Source: a virus. From it: 64,000 nucleotides of DNA. The translations under genes were made by a program, and so were the position numbers. Positions 17,570-27,044 of the stretch are shown in pieces. Position 1 is the first letter of the stretch, and each line of letters begins with the position of its first letter. The notes under the pieces are model-generated. The model was given only the letters and a program-made list of their open reading frames with translations, made no database searches and was not told where the DNA came from. The stretch spans positions 64,001-128,000 of IMG/VR virus record IMGVR_UViG_3300029922_000014; one strand, given 5' to 3'.

Positions 17570-19661
17570 CACCGTCGCGATCAAGGTGGCGCTCGATCTC
17601 GCCGCACTTGGTGCAAAAGATGGTTCGTGATCCCATCTTGAAGTCATGCTCGCAGTGTTTGTCGTCGGACTTCGACGCCGCTTCCTCCTGTTCTGCGCGT
17701 GGTCTGATGATCAACGATTCCGGTTTGTCGATGTGCGATTCGACGTCACCGAACATGGAACCGCCGGGATCACGATTGTAGTTGATCGTCAATCCACGCT
17801 TGTGCACTTCGCCCCACGCCTCCTTCAGAATCGCCTGCGCTTCTTGCATCCGACATTCCAGCGTGGGCGGCAGCGACGCTTCCTGTTCTGCCTTGCGCTT
17901 CGCCGCGTCGATCGCTTTCTGTTCTTCCGCTTTGCGCGCAGCATGGATCACGCGCGCCTTGGCCGCTTCGGGTTCATTGGCCGGGATCACGCGGTACTTG
18001 TCGACGACGAAGGCATTGCCGGCGACCTTGACCGTCACGCTGTCAGCATCGCGGTCGATAATCTTGCCGGTCTCCCCGATCCACTTGCCGCTGATGATGG
18101 TGACGACGTCAGCGGCGAACTCCTTCGGAGCGCCGGGGGTGATCTCGTGGTAGTGGCCGTCGATGTCCAACCAGTCCACAGCGCGCTCTTTGTCGGTGCA
18201 GGTGCGACAGAGGCCATTGGCAGTTGTCGGCTCATCGCAGTCGGCATTGGCGCACTTGGACGTCACCGAAACCGACTGGTCCGTAGTGCCGAGAGCGACC
18301 CCGTCGACGCCCATGATCTTGAAGGGCGCTTGCAGTTCCACCTCACCATTGCGGACGGCGATCTTCAGCCCGTCGAACAGCTTCCCCCACGCAGGAACAC
18401 GGAACCCCCTCCAGGCGTAAAGGTGCTGATCGAAGCTCTCGATCGCATTCGGACCGTTGACGGGATAGGGTCCGCGGCTTCCACGCTCGGCACGGATGAC
18501 GTGCACATACCCGTCAAGCGCACGCCCATCTTCATTCCACCCTGGCCACGTCTTCAGATAGATCAGCAGAGCCTCGCGCAGTTCAGTCATCAGCGCCGTC
18601 TGTTCCTCCTCGACCGTAGTAGGCGCATCGGCAGCCGGCCAGTGGGCGTCCGGTGAAGCGGTCACCCGGAACGAAGCGGGATTGACCATCCCAGGAAGCT
18701 CAGGAAGCCTCTTTAACGCAGCCGCAGCCGCGGATGGTCCTTCGGTGACCGGCAGGAGCGCGGGGTCCACCAGCGGCCCCGGAAGAGGCTGCATTCTGGC
18801 AGCGGCGGCAGCGGCGACTGCCTTCTCGCGCCCCTGGCAGGTGTGGCCAGTTCCGGCACCTTCGACACGGGCAGCTTTCAGCTGCTTGAGAATGTAATAC
18901 AGCGACTGGATGGGTTCGCCGGATTCAGGCATCTCGGGCGGGGGATCCTGTTTAACCAGCGGCTGGTTGGCAGCGATCTCATCCGTCAGCGCATCGACAT
19001 CGGCACCTCGGTAGTCGTTCGGTTGGGCGGCAGGCGTCGTCAGGCTCTTCACCGCCAACCGGTGCGCGGACCGCGCTTTGAGCAACCGCGCCAGATCAGT
19101 AGTCGTGAACGCCACATTGTTGGCGACATAGCCGTCACCGGCCTGCGTGAGCTTGACGTTGAACACACTTTCGACGGCTTCGGTGAGCGTCACGGGAGGA
19201 AGGAAGCCTTCACGATACGTAGTGCAGGAGAGCGACGCACAGTGCCACTTCCCATCCACCGGTTGCAACTTCCACAGCAGGATGCGCGATGCATCGAAGT
19301 TAGCGCCAACCTGCACAGCGTCGTCCCATTCGATACGTCCGTTACGCGAGGTCTCCGTGGGCCGGGTCGCACCCCAGCGCACCGCTTCCGCCAGCGCTTC
19401 CCACACGGCCATGTCGGCGCGACTGATCCTGGTGACGTCGAGGAAGTCGCGGCTGTGCCATTCGAGCCCATCGACGAAGCGCTCGAAGGTCACGCTGAGG
19501 TCGAGCATGTAGTCTTTACGGGCGTCCATGGCGCTCTCGAACGCGTTCAAGCAGTCCACCATGAAGCGGGCGGCAATGTCGGGCGGCAGGAAGCTCGCAC
19601 GCGCGCTGAAGGATTCCAGGGCGGACTGGACGGCAGCGATGACGGAGGTGGGCTTGGGCAT
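17544..19661 (-). CDS. Large multidomain hypothetical protein (KOW/SH3-like, Zn motifs, YNRDPGGSM domain)
   Basis: VTIISGKWIGETGKIID (KOW-like); CANADC..CRTC; C-terminal CEH...CTKCG. Confidence 0.65.
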   Translation of the reverse strand: MPKPTSVIAAVQSALESFSARASFLPPDIAARFMVDCLNAFESAMDARKDYMLDLSVTFERFVDGLEWHSRDFLDVTRISRADMAVWEALAEAVRWGATRPTETSRNGRIEWDDAVQVGANFDASRILLWKLQPVDGKWHCASLSCTTYREGFLPPVTLTEAVESVFNVKLTQAGDGYVANNVAFTTTDLARLLKARSAHRLAVKSLTTPAAQPNDYRGADVDALTDEIAANQPLVKQDPPPEMPESGEPIQSLYYILKQLKAARVEGAGTGHTCQGREKAVAAAAAARMQPLPGPLVDPALLPVTEGPSAAAAALKRLPELPGMVNPASFRVTASPDAHWPAADAPTTVEEEQTALMTELREALLIYLKTWPGWNEDGRALDGYVHVIRAERGSRGPYPVNGPNAIESFDQHLYAWRGFRVPAWGKLFDGLKIAVRNGEVELQAPFKIMGVDGVALGTTDQSVSVTSKCANADCDEPTTANGLCRTCTDKERAVDWLDIDGHYHEITPGAPKEFAADVVTIISGKWIGETGKIIDRDADSVTVKVAGNAFVVDKYRVIPANEPEAAKARVIHAARKAEEQKAIDAAKRKAEQEASLPPTLECRMQEAQAILKEAWGEVHKRGLTINYNRDPGGSMFGDVESHIDKPESLIIRPRAEQEEAASKSDDKHCEHDFKMGSRTIFCTKCGEIERHLDRDGDARSTTES

Positions 19662-19688
19662 GGTGTTCTCGGCGTGGCAGAAGTGGAT

Positions 19689-19701
19689 TGACGACGTGTC
19701 A
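19689..19701. promoter_or_regulatory. Degenerate Box A (TGACGACGTGTCA)
   Basis: One arm mismatch; intergenic, next to the stop at 19703. Confidence 0.6.
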
Positions 19702-19702
19702 G

Positions 19703-19867
19703 TTAGCAACGCGCCGCGATGGCAGATCCCAGCCACACGACGCAGAGCCCAGCGACGCCCAGATAGGTGCCGAATTGGTAGTCGTGATGCAGGGCTCCAG
19801 CGATGAAGCCGACAACCATCAGCACGATGGCGATGAAGGCGGCGATGAGGATGATTGCTTTGTTCAT
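19703..19867 (-). CDS. Small two-TM membrane protein
   Basis: Two hydrophobic helices. Confidence 0.55.
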   Translation of the reverse strand: MNKAIILIAAFIAIVLMVVGFIAGALHHDYQFGTYLGVAGLCVVWLGSAIAARC

Positions 19868-19874
19868 GGTGTTC

Positions 19875-20444
19875 TCAGGGTGCGGGAGGAGCGGGTGGCA
19901 GGTTGTTATACAGCGCATTCCACAAACCAGAAATGATGGCAGCTCCTGACGATCCGGCCACGTGCTGCGCGTCCGAAACGTCAGGCGACAAAGCCCATTC
20001 GGATAAACCAAGTTGACGGATGAGGGCGATGTCCTCTTCGGACACGATGACATGCAAGACAATGCTGCGGTCCATTTTCCCTGACGTCGGTTCCGCGTCA
20101 TAGGTCGCAGCAAAAATGTCAGGCTTGCAGGGATAGCGCTCACCCTTGACGCCGGTGATGATCCAGTCCCCAGGGCAGACGATGTGGCCGCCTTCGAGGG
20201 TGTCGATCCAGCCGTGGTCGTGCAGGGTATGCGTGCAATAATGGCAACCCTCATGACCTTTCACATCAGGCCGGCGGAAGTAGCGGACGACCGCGCCTTC
20301 GCGAATCACGCGTGGGCGCTGAAATACCTGACCGTCGGCGTCAGGGTAGTCGAACATCTCGGTCGCCTTGTCGTCAGGATGGTCGCCATTCTTGAACCAT
20401 TGCACGGCTTCGATGACGACAGGCTTTTTTCTGAAGGCAGGCAT
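19875..20444 (-). CDS. Conserved phage protein (RKKPVVIEA / TLEG..PGDW family)
   Basis: FRKKPVVIEAVQW...IDTLEG.H.V.PGDWIITGVKGE.YPCKPDIF..TY. Confidence 0.8.
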   Translation of the reverse strand: MPAFRKKPVVIEAVQWFKNGDHPDDKATEMFDYPDADGQVFQRPRVIREGAVVRYFRRPDVKGHEGCHYCTHTLHDHGWIDTLEGGHIVCPGDWIITGVKGERYPCKPDIFAATYDAEPTSGKMDRSIVLHVIVSEEDIALIRQLGLSEWALSPDVSDAQHVAGSSGAAIISGLWNALYNNLPPAPPAP

Positions 20445-20451
20445 GGTGTTC

Positions 20452-20952
20452 TCAGTTCTTGGGAGCGGGGAAGAGTTGAACGATCCACTGGCACGCGCCG
20501 ACCTGCTTCAGCGTCCAGTAGTCGGGATTGTCTTGGGCGGGGTCATTGACGGTGCAGCCAGTCCCGTCGCCATGCAAGCAGACGCAGTGCCCGTCACCAC
20601 CAGGGATGATGTAACCGACCACGCAAACGGCGCCGGTCGCGGTGGCGGCTTCGGGCTGGACCGGGACGCAGGACATGCCCTTGACCTGAAGCGCACGCAG
20701 CACGTTGTCGCGATATGAGCCGATGCTGGCGATCGTGCCGCACAGCGGAATCATTTCATATTGGGTTGTGATGACACCAAAATAACTCAAGGCGGAGACA
20801 CACGCGCACGGGGCACAGTCAGAAGGGTGTGTCCCACGGCATTGATGGTTGGAGTCAGCGCCGGGTAGTGGGCGGAGGATCAGAACGACGGTAAACGCCG
20901 CCGCCAACAAGGTGACCAGGGCGGCAATGATGATCAGCGGGGTTTTTTTCAT
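20452..20952 (-). CDS. Exported or membrane-anchored C39-like cysteine peptidase
   Basis: Signal/TM helix; Q.....SDCAPCAC, GHCV and VNDPA (Cys-His-Asp). Confidence 0.65.
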   Translation of the reverse strand: MKKTPLIIIAALVTLLAAAFTVVLILRPLPGADSNHQCRGTHPSDCAPCACVSALSYFGVITTQYEMIPLCGTIASIGSYRDNVLRALQVKGMSCVPVQPEAATATGAVCVVGYIIPGGDGHCVCLHGDGTGCTVNDPAQDNPDYWTLKQVGACQWIVQLFPAPKN

Positions 20953-20972
20953 GCTCTGCACCTTTCGTGAAT

Positions 20973-20985
20973 TGACACGATGTCA
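20973..20985. promoter_or_regulatory. Box A palindrome
   Basis: Exact copy, intergenic. Confidence 0.85.
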
Positions 20986-20989
20986 ATCA

Positions 20990-21211
20990 TCAGCCGGGGT
21001 GGTTATCAGTGGGGGCACGTGCAAACGCCGCGGACATGGCGGCCTCCGCACGTGCGCGTTGCACCGGGGTCGCGATGCCCCATTCGATGCGGACACTGAA
21101 TGCGGTCTTGGTCAGGACCGGTTCCTGTCCTTCGAGGTCAATGCCCAGGCGATCGGCAATGGCTTGGATCACCATGGCGTCACTGAGTTCGACGTAGTAG
21201 GGAAAGGTCAC
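20990..21211 (-). CDS. Hypothetical protein
   Basis: AGGAG SD, GTG start. Confidence 0.5.
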   Translation of the reverse strand: MTFPYYVELSDAMVIQAIADRLGIDLEGQEPVLTKTAFSVRIEWGIATPVQRARAEAAMSAAFARAPTDNHPG

Positions 21212-21308
21212 GGTTTGACTCCTGCGTGTTTGAGGCCGAGTTCATACCAGCGCCATTCATTCGCTTCGATGCCGCTGAGTTTCGAGAGTGCAGTTATGGC
21301 GTCGTCGG

Positions 21309-21968
21309 TCATACCGGTTTCTTTTTCTTTTTCGGCTTCTTCGGAGCATCGAGAAAATCGTCGCCGGAACCAAAGCGGTAACAATCCGTAGTGATGTGCG
21401 CCGGTTCGATGCGCAGCTTGTGGTCATTGTTTGAGAGCGCCAGGAACGCCACGTCCCAGCGCTGTTCGTCGGTCAGGTTGTTCCACTCCTCGGATTCTTC
21501 GTCATCAAAGGAGCCATGTTCATATTCAGCGGAAATACCATCGACGGTATTTGACGGAAAGCGTTCCGTGACGCTGTAGGACATGACCACAGGACCGGAA
21601 TAACAGCGCAATGACGTGATCAGCGTCGTATAGCCCATGTCGGCCTTTTCCAACTTGTGGCGGAAAAGACCTTCACGGCATCCGCGTTCGAGCAGGTCCG
21701 CAAAGAACTCACGGTCGTCTCCGTGGATCCACGCGAAAATCTCACACTGACCATGCACACGCGCCATCCACCGGACGAACTCATTGCCCAGGCGCAGCGC
21801 GGTGTTGAGCTTCATGGCGAACTGCTTCGGATCGTAGTCGATGCCGCGAGCATGATTCGGAATGAAGCTGTACGCGATGCTTTCCAGAACATGCCCGTAC
21901 CAAAAGCGTTCCGCCCCGCGCAGGCGCACGTCCGGGGCATCGCGTTGATGGAAAAGAATCGCGCTCAT
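21309..21968 (-). CDS. Hypothetical protein
   Basis: ATGA-coupled. Confidence 0.6.
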   Translation of the reverse strand: MSAILFHQRDAPDVRLRGAERFWYGHVLESIAYSFIPNHARGIDYDPKQFAMKLNTALRLGNEFVRWMARVHGQCEIFAWIHGDDREFFADLLERGCREGLFRHKLEKADMGYTTLITSLRCYSGPVVMSYSVTERFPSNTVDGISAEYEHGSFDDEESEEWNNLTDEQRWDVAFLALSNNDHKLRIEPAHITTDCYRFGSGDDFLDAPKKPKKKKKPV

Positions 21969-22582
21969 GTCGTGAGGGCTTTGGCTTCATTGTTGACGTC
22001 GCGGTCGATCGCTTTGACCGCATCGAAGCGGTCAGGATAGCGCAGGCGCAGCTTGGCGATGTTGCGATCGAGGATGCCAGGAAAGGCGGTGGGATCGAAG
22101 GCGACCAGGGTGTGATAGATGCCGATCACAAGTTGCCCGGCGTTCACTTCGTTCAGCGGCTTTCCGTAGTAGATCGCGCGCTTGAGCAGGTCGCCCAGGT
22201 CACCGGTCTGCTTCAACAGAGCACCTTCGAGGTCATGGACAGAAGCGATCATGCCGCGCAGACGCACTTCCAGCGTATCGCGATTGGCAAGAAATTGCGA
22301 TTCGGCAAGGACGGCCGATGGACTGATGTAGTCGTCTTCCGTCACCTCCAGGTGCAGTGCGTCGCAGGCGATGGCGGTATACCACGCCAAGTCCCCGATC
22401 TCCTCCGCCCGGTGTTCGGTGATGGAGAGCTTGGGCGTACGCGTCGCGGTGGTCAGTTCCGCGAACTCGGTCACCAGCCCGGTGAAGGCGTGGTTGAGGC
22501 GCGCGAGCAGGGGATCGACGATCCTGCCGCTGTGGGGCGCTTCGGTGCGGATGGCGAGCGGGACGTATGACTTCCAGTCCAT
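21965..22582 (-). CDS. MazG-like NTP pyrophosphohydrolase
   Basis: GL.TE..EL...EEIGDLAWY and NIAKL.LRYP.RF. Confidence 0.75.
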   Translation of the reverse strand: MDWKSYVPLAIRTEAPHSGRIVDPLLARLNHAFTGLVTEFAELTTATRTPKLSITEHRAEEIGDLAWYTAIACDALHLEVTEDDYISPSAVLAESQFLANRDTLEVRLRGMIASVHDLEGALLKQTGDLGDLLKRAIYYGKPLNEVNAGQLVIGIYHTLVAFDPTAFPGILDRNIAKLRLRYPDRFDAVKAIDRDVNNEAKALTT

Positions 22583-22589
22583 GTGATTC

Positions 22590-22982
22590 CTAACGGGAGC
22601 GGGTTGGTCTGAGGGCAGAGAGGAGGATGCGCGTCGCTTCATCGCGGTTGCGGTCACGGCTGCGGTGCTTCTCACAGGCGCCAGTGCGCCCGGTCACGGG
22701 ATCTTTCACCTTACAGGCGGTCGCGTTCACGTTCACGCCTTCACCGAGGCGTCGGTAGTAGGTCACTTCAAACGGCGGAGGCTGGCCACCGTACTTGTCG
22801 ATGTGCACACGCTGGTTGCCCCAACGCTTGATGGCACCCGCTTCCGTAGTGGCAATTGGGCCTGATGCACCACAGCGCCGGGAGGTGCAATCCACCCACC
22901 ACACGTTGTCCCGACTGGACTGTATCTCAGTCTTTTTGCTGCTGCAAAACGGGCAGCGGGCGAGCTTCTTCGTTTTCTTCAC
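22590..22982 (-). CDS. Lar-type zinc finger fused to a GGQ-less class I release-factor-like domain
   Basis: LARCPFC...VDC...CGASGP...AIKRW plus EVTYYR..G.GVN....ACKV.DP.TG..G.CE.HRS..RNR.EA..IL...L. Confidence 0.6.
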   Translation of the reverse strand: MKKTKKLARCPFCSSKKTEIQSSRDNVWWVDCTSRRCGASGPIATTEAGAIKRWGNQRVHIDKYGGQPPPFEVTYYRRLGEGVNVNATACKVKDPVTGRTGACEKHRSRDRNRDEATRILLSALRPTRSR

Positions 22983-23431
22983 GGGCTGACACCAACGGAA
23001 ACCTGCGCTTCGTACTGCTGCGCTGCCCACGTCTGCACGTAGTCCGCTTCTTCGTCCACGCCATCACAGACACGACGAAACTTCAGCAGGTGCAGGTGAT
23101 GATTGCGCAGGTGAAATGCAACGATTTCAACAACCTGCCGATCCGTCAACGGAGGATTCCAGCTTCGCGGATAGATCGGAAAGAAGTCCAGGAGTGCAAG
23201 CTTCGCGGTCACAAAAATCACCGGGTCGACACCAAGCAATACACCCACGACGCTGTGGACCATCTTACCGTAGTTCCGGTCAGGTGCATCGCAGGCGCGA
23301 CGATATTCCATTACGGCGGCGTCGATGTTCAGACTGTTTGCTGCTGCGACACGGCACGCTTCCAGGTGTGCGCGCAATTCGTCAGCATGGCGCTGCTGCA
23401 AAGCAATGAGCGCTTCAAGAGCATTCTTCAT
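22979..23431 (-). CDS. Hypothetical protein
   Basis: ORF in operon. Confidence 0.55.
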   Translation of the reverse strand: MKNALEALIALQQRHADELRAHLEACRVAAANSLNIDAAVMEYRRACDAPDRNYGKMVHSVVGVLLGVDPVIFVTAKLALLDFFPIYPRSWNPPLTDRQVVEIVAFHLRNHHLHLLKFRRVCDGVDEEADYVQTWAAQQYEAQVSVGVSP

Positions 23432-23433
23432 GG

Positions 23434-24093
23434 TCAGGGTCCTTCGTAGGGGTGGCCAAGGTCTTCGCAACATTCACGCGCCGACTTGGCTTCGTCATCG
23501 CGTTCTTTCTCCACGCGCTCATCGCGGATCCGTTCCGCTTCCTTATCGCCTTCAGCCGCGAGGCATCGGAGTTCAGCAATCTCGGCCGGCGTGAACGACA
23601 CCGCGGTATTGTCCAAGTCGTGATCGGTGAAGTTCGATCCTTCACTCTCAAAGACGTGGCGTATGTACCGGCGCAGAAGACCGCGATAATCGTCGATCGC
23701 TTCCGTAGTCGTTCCGCGGATGGCCAAACCGGGTTGATCTGCGCTCTGACTGACGACGTCGACAGATTCCAAGTTTACCCGTTCGATCAGCGTGCCGGGA
23801 AGATTGCCCGCCGAAAACAGGTTCCATCCTTTCATGCCGTAAACGTAGATGTCTCCGCCTTCGCGCCGGCTGTCGCCCAGCTTCGGGCCGCTGACGTACA
23901 CAGGATCGTCGAGGGTCCATCCTTCGCTCCAATCGCGGTGACCGCGACAGGACGGACTCTTTTGCGCATGCTCGGAACGGCATTCACCCAGAAGCATGGC
24001 GCCGGTCTGTCCATCCATCTCCGGATGCGGATGGGTGATGGTGTCGAACACGGTGCAACAAACGGGACAGCGGGCGGTGGTCTGATAGGTCAT
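23434..24093 (-). CDS. Hypothetical protein
   Basis: ORF in operon. Confidence 0.55.
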   Translation of the reverse strand: MTYQTTARCPVCCTVFDTITHPHPEMDGQTGAMLLGECRSEHAQKSPSCRGHRDWSEGWTLDDPVYVSGPKLGDSRREGGDIYVYGMKGWNLFSAGNLPGTLIERVNLESVDVVSQSADQPGLAIRGTTTEAIDDYRGLLRRYIRHVFESEGSNFTDHDLDNTAVSFTPAEIAELRCLAAEGDKEAERIRDERVEKERDDEAKSARECCEDLGHPYEGP

Positions 24094-24094
24094 T

Positions 24095-24382
24095 TTATTT
24101 TTTCGTCTTTGATGTCCTGCTGAACTTCGCCATCATCGCTTCGCGCTCTTCGCGTCGCGCTTTCACGTTTGGGTGCTCACCAGCGGGAATCGTCGCGACT
24201 GGAACCGGAACCCAAAGCGGCTCTGATCCGTCGGAGGTCGCCTCGGCCATTTGTAGTTCGTCCGTGCTCTTGACGGAATAAAAACCGTGATCGCCGCCAG
24301 GACCGATGACGGTGTGGTCGTTGAACCGCGCGCTGACGCGTTCCCAGGTCTGTTTGCGCAGAATGCGGAGCATGAGGGTCAT
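24095..24382 (-). CDS. Hypothetical protein
   Basis: ATGA-coupled. Confidence 0.5.
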   Translation of the reverse strand: MTLMLRILRKQTWERVSARFNDHTVIGPGGDHGFYSVKSTDELQMAEATSDGSEPLWVPVPVATIPAGEHPNVKARREEREAMMAKFSRTSKTKK

Positions 24383-24747
24383 GGCATACCGTGATCAGTT
24401 TGCGTGTGCTTTTTGAGTTCTTCCACGGTGGCGCAACCCCAACCGCACCCTGAACAAATATAGGGATACGGCAGAGTGAAGGAACATTTGATGAACTCGA
24501 AGAAATGCCTGCCGTCAGCATCGAACTTGAGCACAGCACAATCGGGAATGTCGGCCGGTAGTACGGCGCCACATTCCGTGCGCAGTTGTCCTGCCGTCAT
24601 GCCTCCCATTGTGCTTGGGAGTGTGTGCAGCGTAATCGTCGCGGTCATGGACTTCGCGGTCATGGACTTCGCGGTCATGGACTTCGCGTCTGCTTTGTTT
24701 CCAGCAGATTCATTTACCGTCACGTGAAAGTCTTCAAGTCTGTTCAT
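24379..24747 (-). CDS. Hypothetical protein with C2H2-like C-terminus
   Basis: YICSGCG...ELKKHTQTDH; contains (AKSMT)3. Confidence 0.55.
   Translation of the reverse strand: MNRLEDFHVTVNESAGNKADAKSMTAKSMTAKSMTATITLHTLPSTMGGMTAGQLRTECGAVLPADIPDCAVLKFDADGRHFFEFIKCSFTLPYPYICSGCGWGCATVEELKKHTQTDHGMP
24639..24688. repeat. 15-bp tandem repeat, about 3.3 copies
   Basis: (CGCGGTCATGGACTT)3, encoding AKSMT repeats. Confidence 0.9.
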
Positions 24748-24799
24748 GGCGTTATGCGCTTATTCTCGCGCTATGCCATAAAGTCAATCCCCCAACAAT

Positions 24800-24812
24800 T
24801 GACACGATGTCA
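24800..24812. promoter_or_regulatory. Box A palindrome
   Basis: Exact copy; contains the stop of 24810..25010; Box B-like 24766-24778 nearby. Confidence 0.85.
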
Positions 24813-25010
24813 ATCGGCGTCGGTGCCCAGGAGAGAACGAACTTGGGCGTACCCTTCCGCATGCTGTTGCTGACCCTTGATCACCGCAGAACGAAACAGC
24901 GGATCATATTCGATGTCGAACCAGTAGTGCTGCGACTCGCGAACTATTGAAGAAAGGACCGCAGCGTCTTTCTGAAGTTCGATGACGGCCTGAAGGCGAC
25001 GCGTAGTCAT
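24810..25010 (-). CDS. Hypothetical protein
   Basis: Stop lies in Box A. Confidence 0.45.
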   Translation of the reverse strand: MTTRRLQAVIELQKDAAVLSSIVRESQHYWFDIEYDPLFRSAVIKGQQQHAEGYAQVRSLLGTDAD

Positions 25011-25198
25011 GATTGTACGGCGATTCGCAACGACAGGCAGACCCAAAGAAGCGGTTGATGGCGCAGTACTAACTCACAGAGCCTGCTGCATTTGCCCAGC
25101 GCCCGCAAGAGTGCCGTCGACAGCCGGTGCGTTGCCGCATTCAGCCCCGGCACCAGCGCCCTCAACCGAAATATTTGTGCGTCGTAGAAGCTCATCGG

Positions 25199-25507
25199 TC
25201 AGACGTCGCGACGGACGTAAACGGCGGACGGTTCGGTCAACCCGTCAGCAACCACACCGACGAATTGTAGTGGTCGCCCAGGCTCATCTTCCGGAACAAC
25301 GCCACCGTCGATGCAGCGATAGATCCCAAACGTCAAACTGGAAACGCTGGCATTCCGCGAATGCGCAGTCATCAGCACAACACTGCGGCGGTCGCAGTGC
25401 ACAACGCCGAGAAACGTTATGTCACTCGGAAAGGTGTGCTCGACGTAATCGCCATAACCGACGTTGACGTTGATGGTGTCGATGCGCCGCAGCAGGTTTG
25501 TAGTCAT
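25199..25507 (-). CDS. Hypothetical protein, distantly similar to 10539..10823
   Basis: Similar length and P....FL.V / FVG.V pattern. Confidence 0.45.
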   Translation of the reverse strand: MTTNLLRRIDTINVNVGYGDYVEHTFPSDITFLGVVHCDRRSVVLMTAHSRNASVSSLTFGIYRCIDGGVVPEDEPGRPLQFVGVVADGLTEPSAVYVRRDV

Positions 25508-25887
25508 GGCGCATCGTCCAACGGCAAACCCAACGCATGCCGCTCAGCCCGGTTGAGTTTGGCCAGCCCGGACTTCTTGAGTTCAGCGGTGCGCTGCTTG
25601 TTGTCGACATCGACCGAAACCGGCTCCTGCTGCGCCACGATGTACCATTCGGTGCGGGAATCTCCGCCCTCACGCGAAAGCGGATATTCGACCGGCACAG
25701 CATACACATTTTCGATGATGCCGTTCTGGTCCTGCTGCCCTGCAAAACCAGATTCGGCTTGTCCGGACGCTTCAATCTGCGCGCGGTGAATCGTCGAGTA
25801 GTAGCCGATCAACTTGCCGCAAACGCTGTTGCCGTCGGTGTCATGGCTGCGGTAGGAAACGCGATGGATCAAACGAACATAGCTCAT
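25504..25887 (-). CDS. Hypothetical protein
   Basis: ATGA-coupled; C-terminal GLAKL...ER.ALGL. Confidence 0.55.
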   Translation of the reverse strand: MSYVRLIHRVSYRSHDTDGNSVCGKLIGYYSTIHRAQIEASGQAESGFAGQQDQNGIIENVYAVPVEYPLSREGGDSRTEWYIVAQQEPVSVDVDNKQRTAELKKSGLAKLNRAERHALGLPLDDAP

Positions 25888-25890
25888 GGG

Positions 25891-26634
25891 TCAGCCTTTC
25901 AGCAGGTCTTTGACGGTGGGGTCTTTCAGCTTTGCCAGAATGCGCGCAGCTTTCTTGTCGATCGTCGCTTTGGTCTTCTTGAGGTGTGCACTACATCCAC
26001 CGGCGTCGCACGGATCGTGCTTGGTCAGATAGGCAGTGGCGGCGGCGTCCTGTGCGGCGAAGTGGGCGCGGTGTTCACGCATGTCCGGCATCGCCAATCG
26101 CTCCGCCACTTCGGCAGCAGACACTTCGATGAACATGTCGGTGTAGTCGCGTGTCAGTCCGCGGATGGCCGGCGTGTCGTGGCCCAGCACCTTGTCCCAG
26201 ACCTTGCCGCGGTTGTTCCATTCTCGCAGCGTCATGCCTTGCGGCAGGTCGGTGTTGTCCCAGTACGACCACTCCCTGACCAGCGGTGAACTGGTGAAGC
26301 TCGCGGACAGGTCCTTGTGCTCGCAGAAGACGAGCGCCGGTGTGTAGTCGTACGGCCCGGGAAAGATGGTGATGGCCAGTTCAAAGTCGAACGCGGGATT
26401 CCTGAGCCCGGTCCGCTTGATGTCGCGCGCCTGATCCTCAAGGAGGTTGCGCGCGCTTTGCAGAACGTTGGGCTTCTTCTCATGCAGAAGCGGAACGATG
26501 CACGCGGCCAGGGTGTCGATGCGCCGTTTCTTGGCAGCAATCGCATAGGCTTTCTGGACGTTGTCGAGCAGGTCGACGATGGCGCGGATGTTGCCGGTGT
26601 CGATCCGGTAACCGTTGTAAATCTTGGCGCTCAT
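25891..26634 (-). CDS. Conserved hypothetical phage protein
   Basis: MS.KIYNGY start; Y.DNTD.P......EW..R.KVW..V. Confidence 0.65.
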   Translation of the reverse strand: MSAKIYNGYRIDTGNIRAIVDLLDNVQKAYAIAAKKRRIDTLAACIVPLLHEKKPNVLQSARNLLEDQARDIKRTGLRNPAFDFELAITIFPGPYDYTPALVFCEHKDLSASFTSSPLVREWSYWDNTDLPQGMTLREWNNRGKVWDKVLGHDTPAIRGLTRDYTDMFIEVSAAEVAERLAMPDMREHRAHFAAQDAAATAYLTKHDPCDAGGCSAHLKKTKATIDKKAARILAKLKDPTVKDLLKG

Positions 26635-27044
26635 AGGTCCTTCTTCAGTTTCTCCGCTTCAGCGCGGGCAGCTTTCCACACCATTCGCAGCATGAGGCTG
26701 GCGGCAGTGAGCGATGAAAGCGTAGTGATGATGTCAGCGATGAGCGTCGCCCAGAGAACGAGGTTTGGGTCGAGGTGTGGCATGTTATTTCTTTTCAGCG
26801 CACAGCTTCTTGGCAATCCAAGGAGCGCACATGCGCAGAGCGCCGATTTCCCAGGACAATCAATAGCGCCGGCCATTCAACAGCGAGGAAGTGCATTACC
26901 GGAGTCCGCTCAGGATGCGCACGCGCCATTGGCGTTGGTGCTGGGTGACGATGGTACAGGCGATCCAATGCTTCCGTAGTACGGTTGCGGATGTTTGGTG
27001 TTCACCCGGGTGAAGCAACCACGCCGGAGGCAGAGGAAAGCGGA

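Noticed and set aside
22590-22982. Stop-codon reassignment suggested by a release-factor-like gene
   Set aside because: Core genes are intact under the standard code and end in TGA, TAA or TAG; the RF-like domain lacks GGQ and the codon-reading domains
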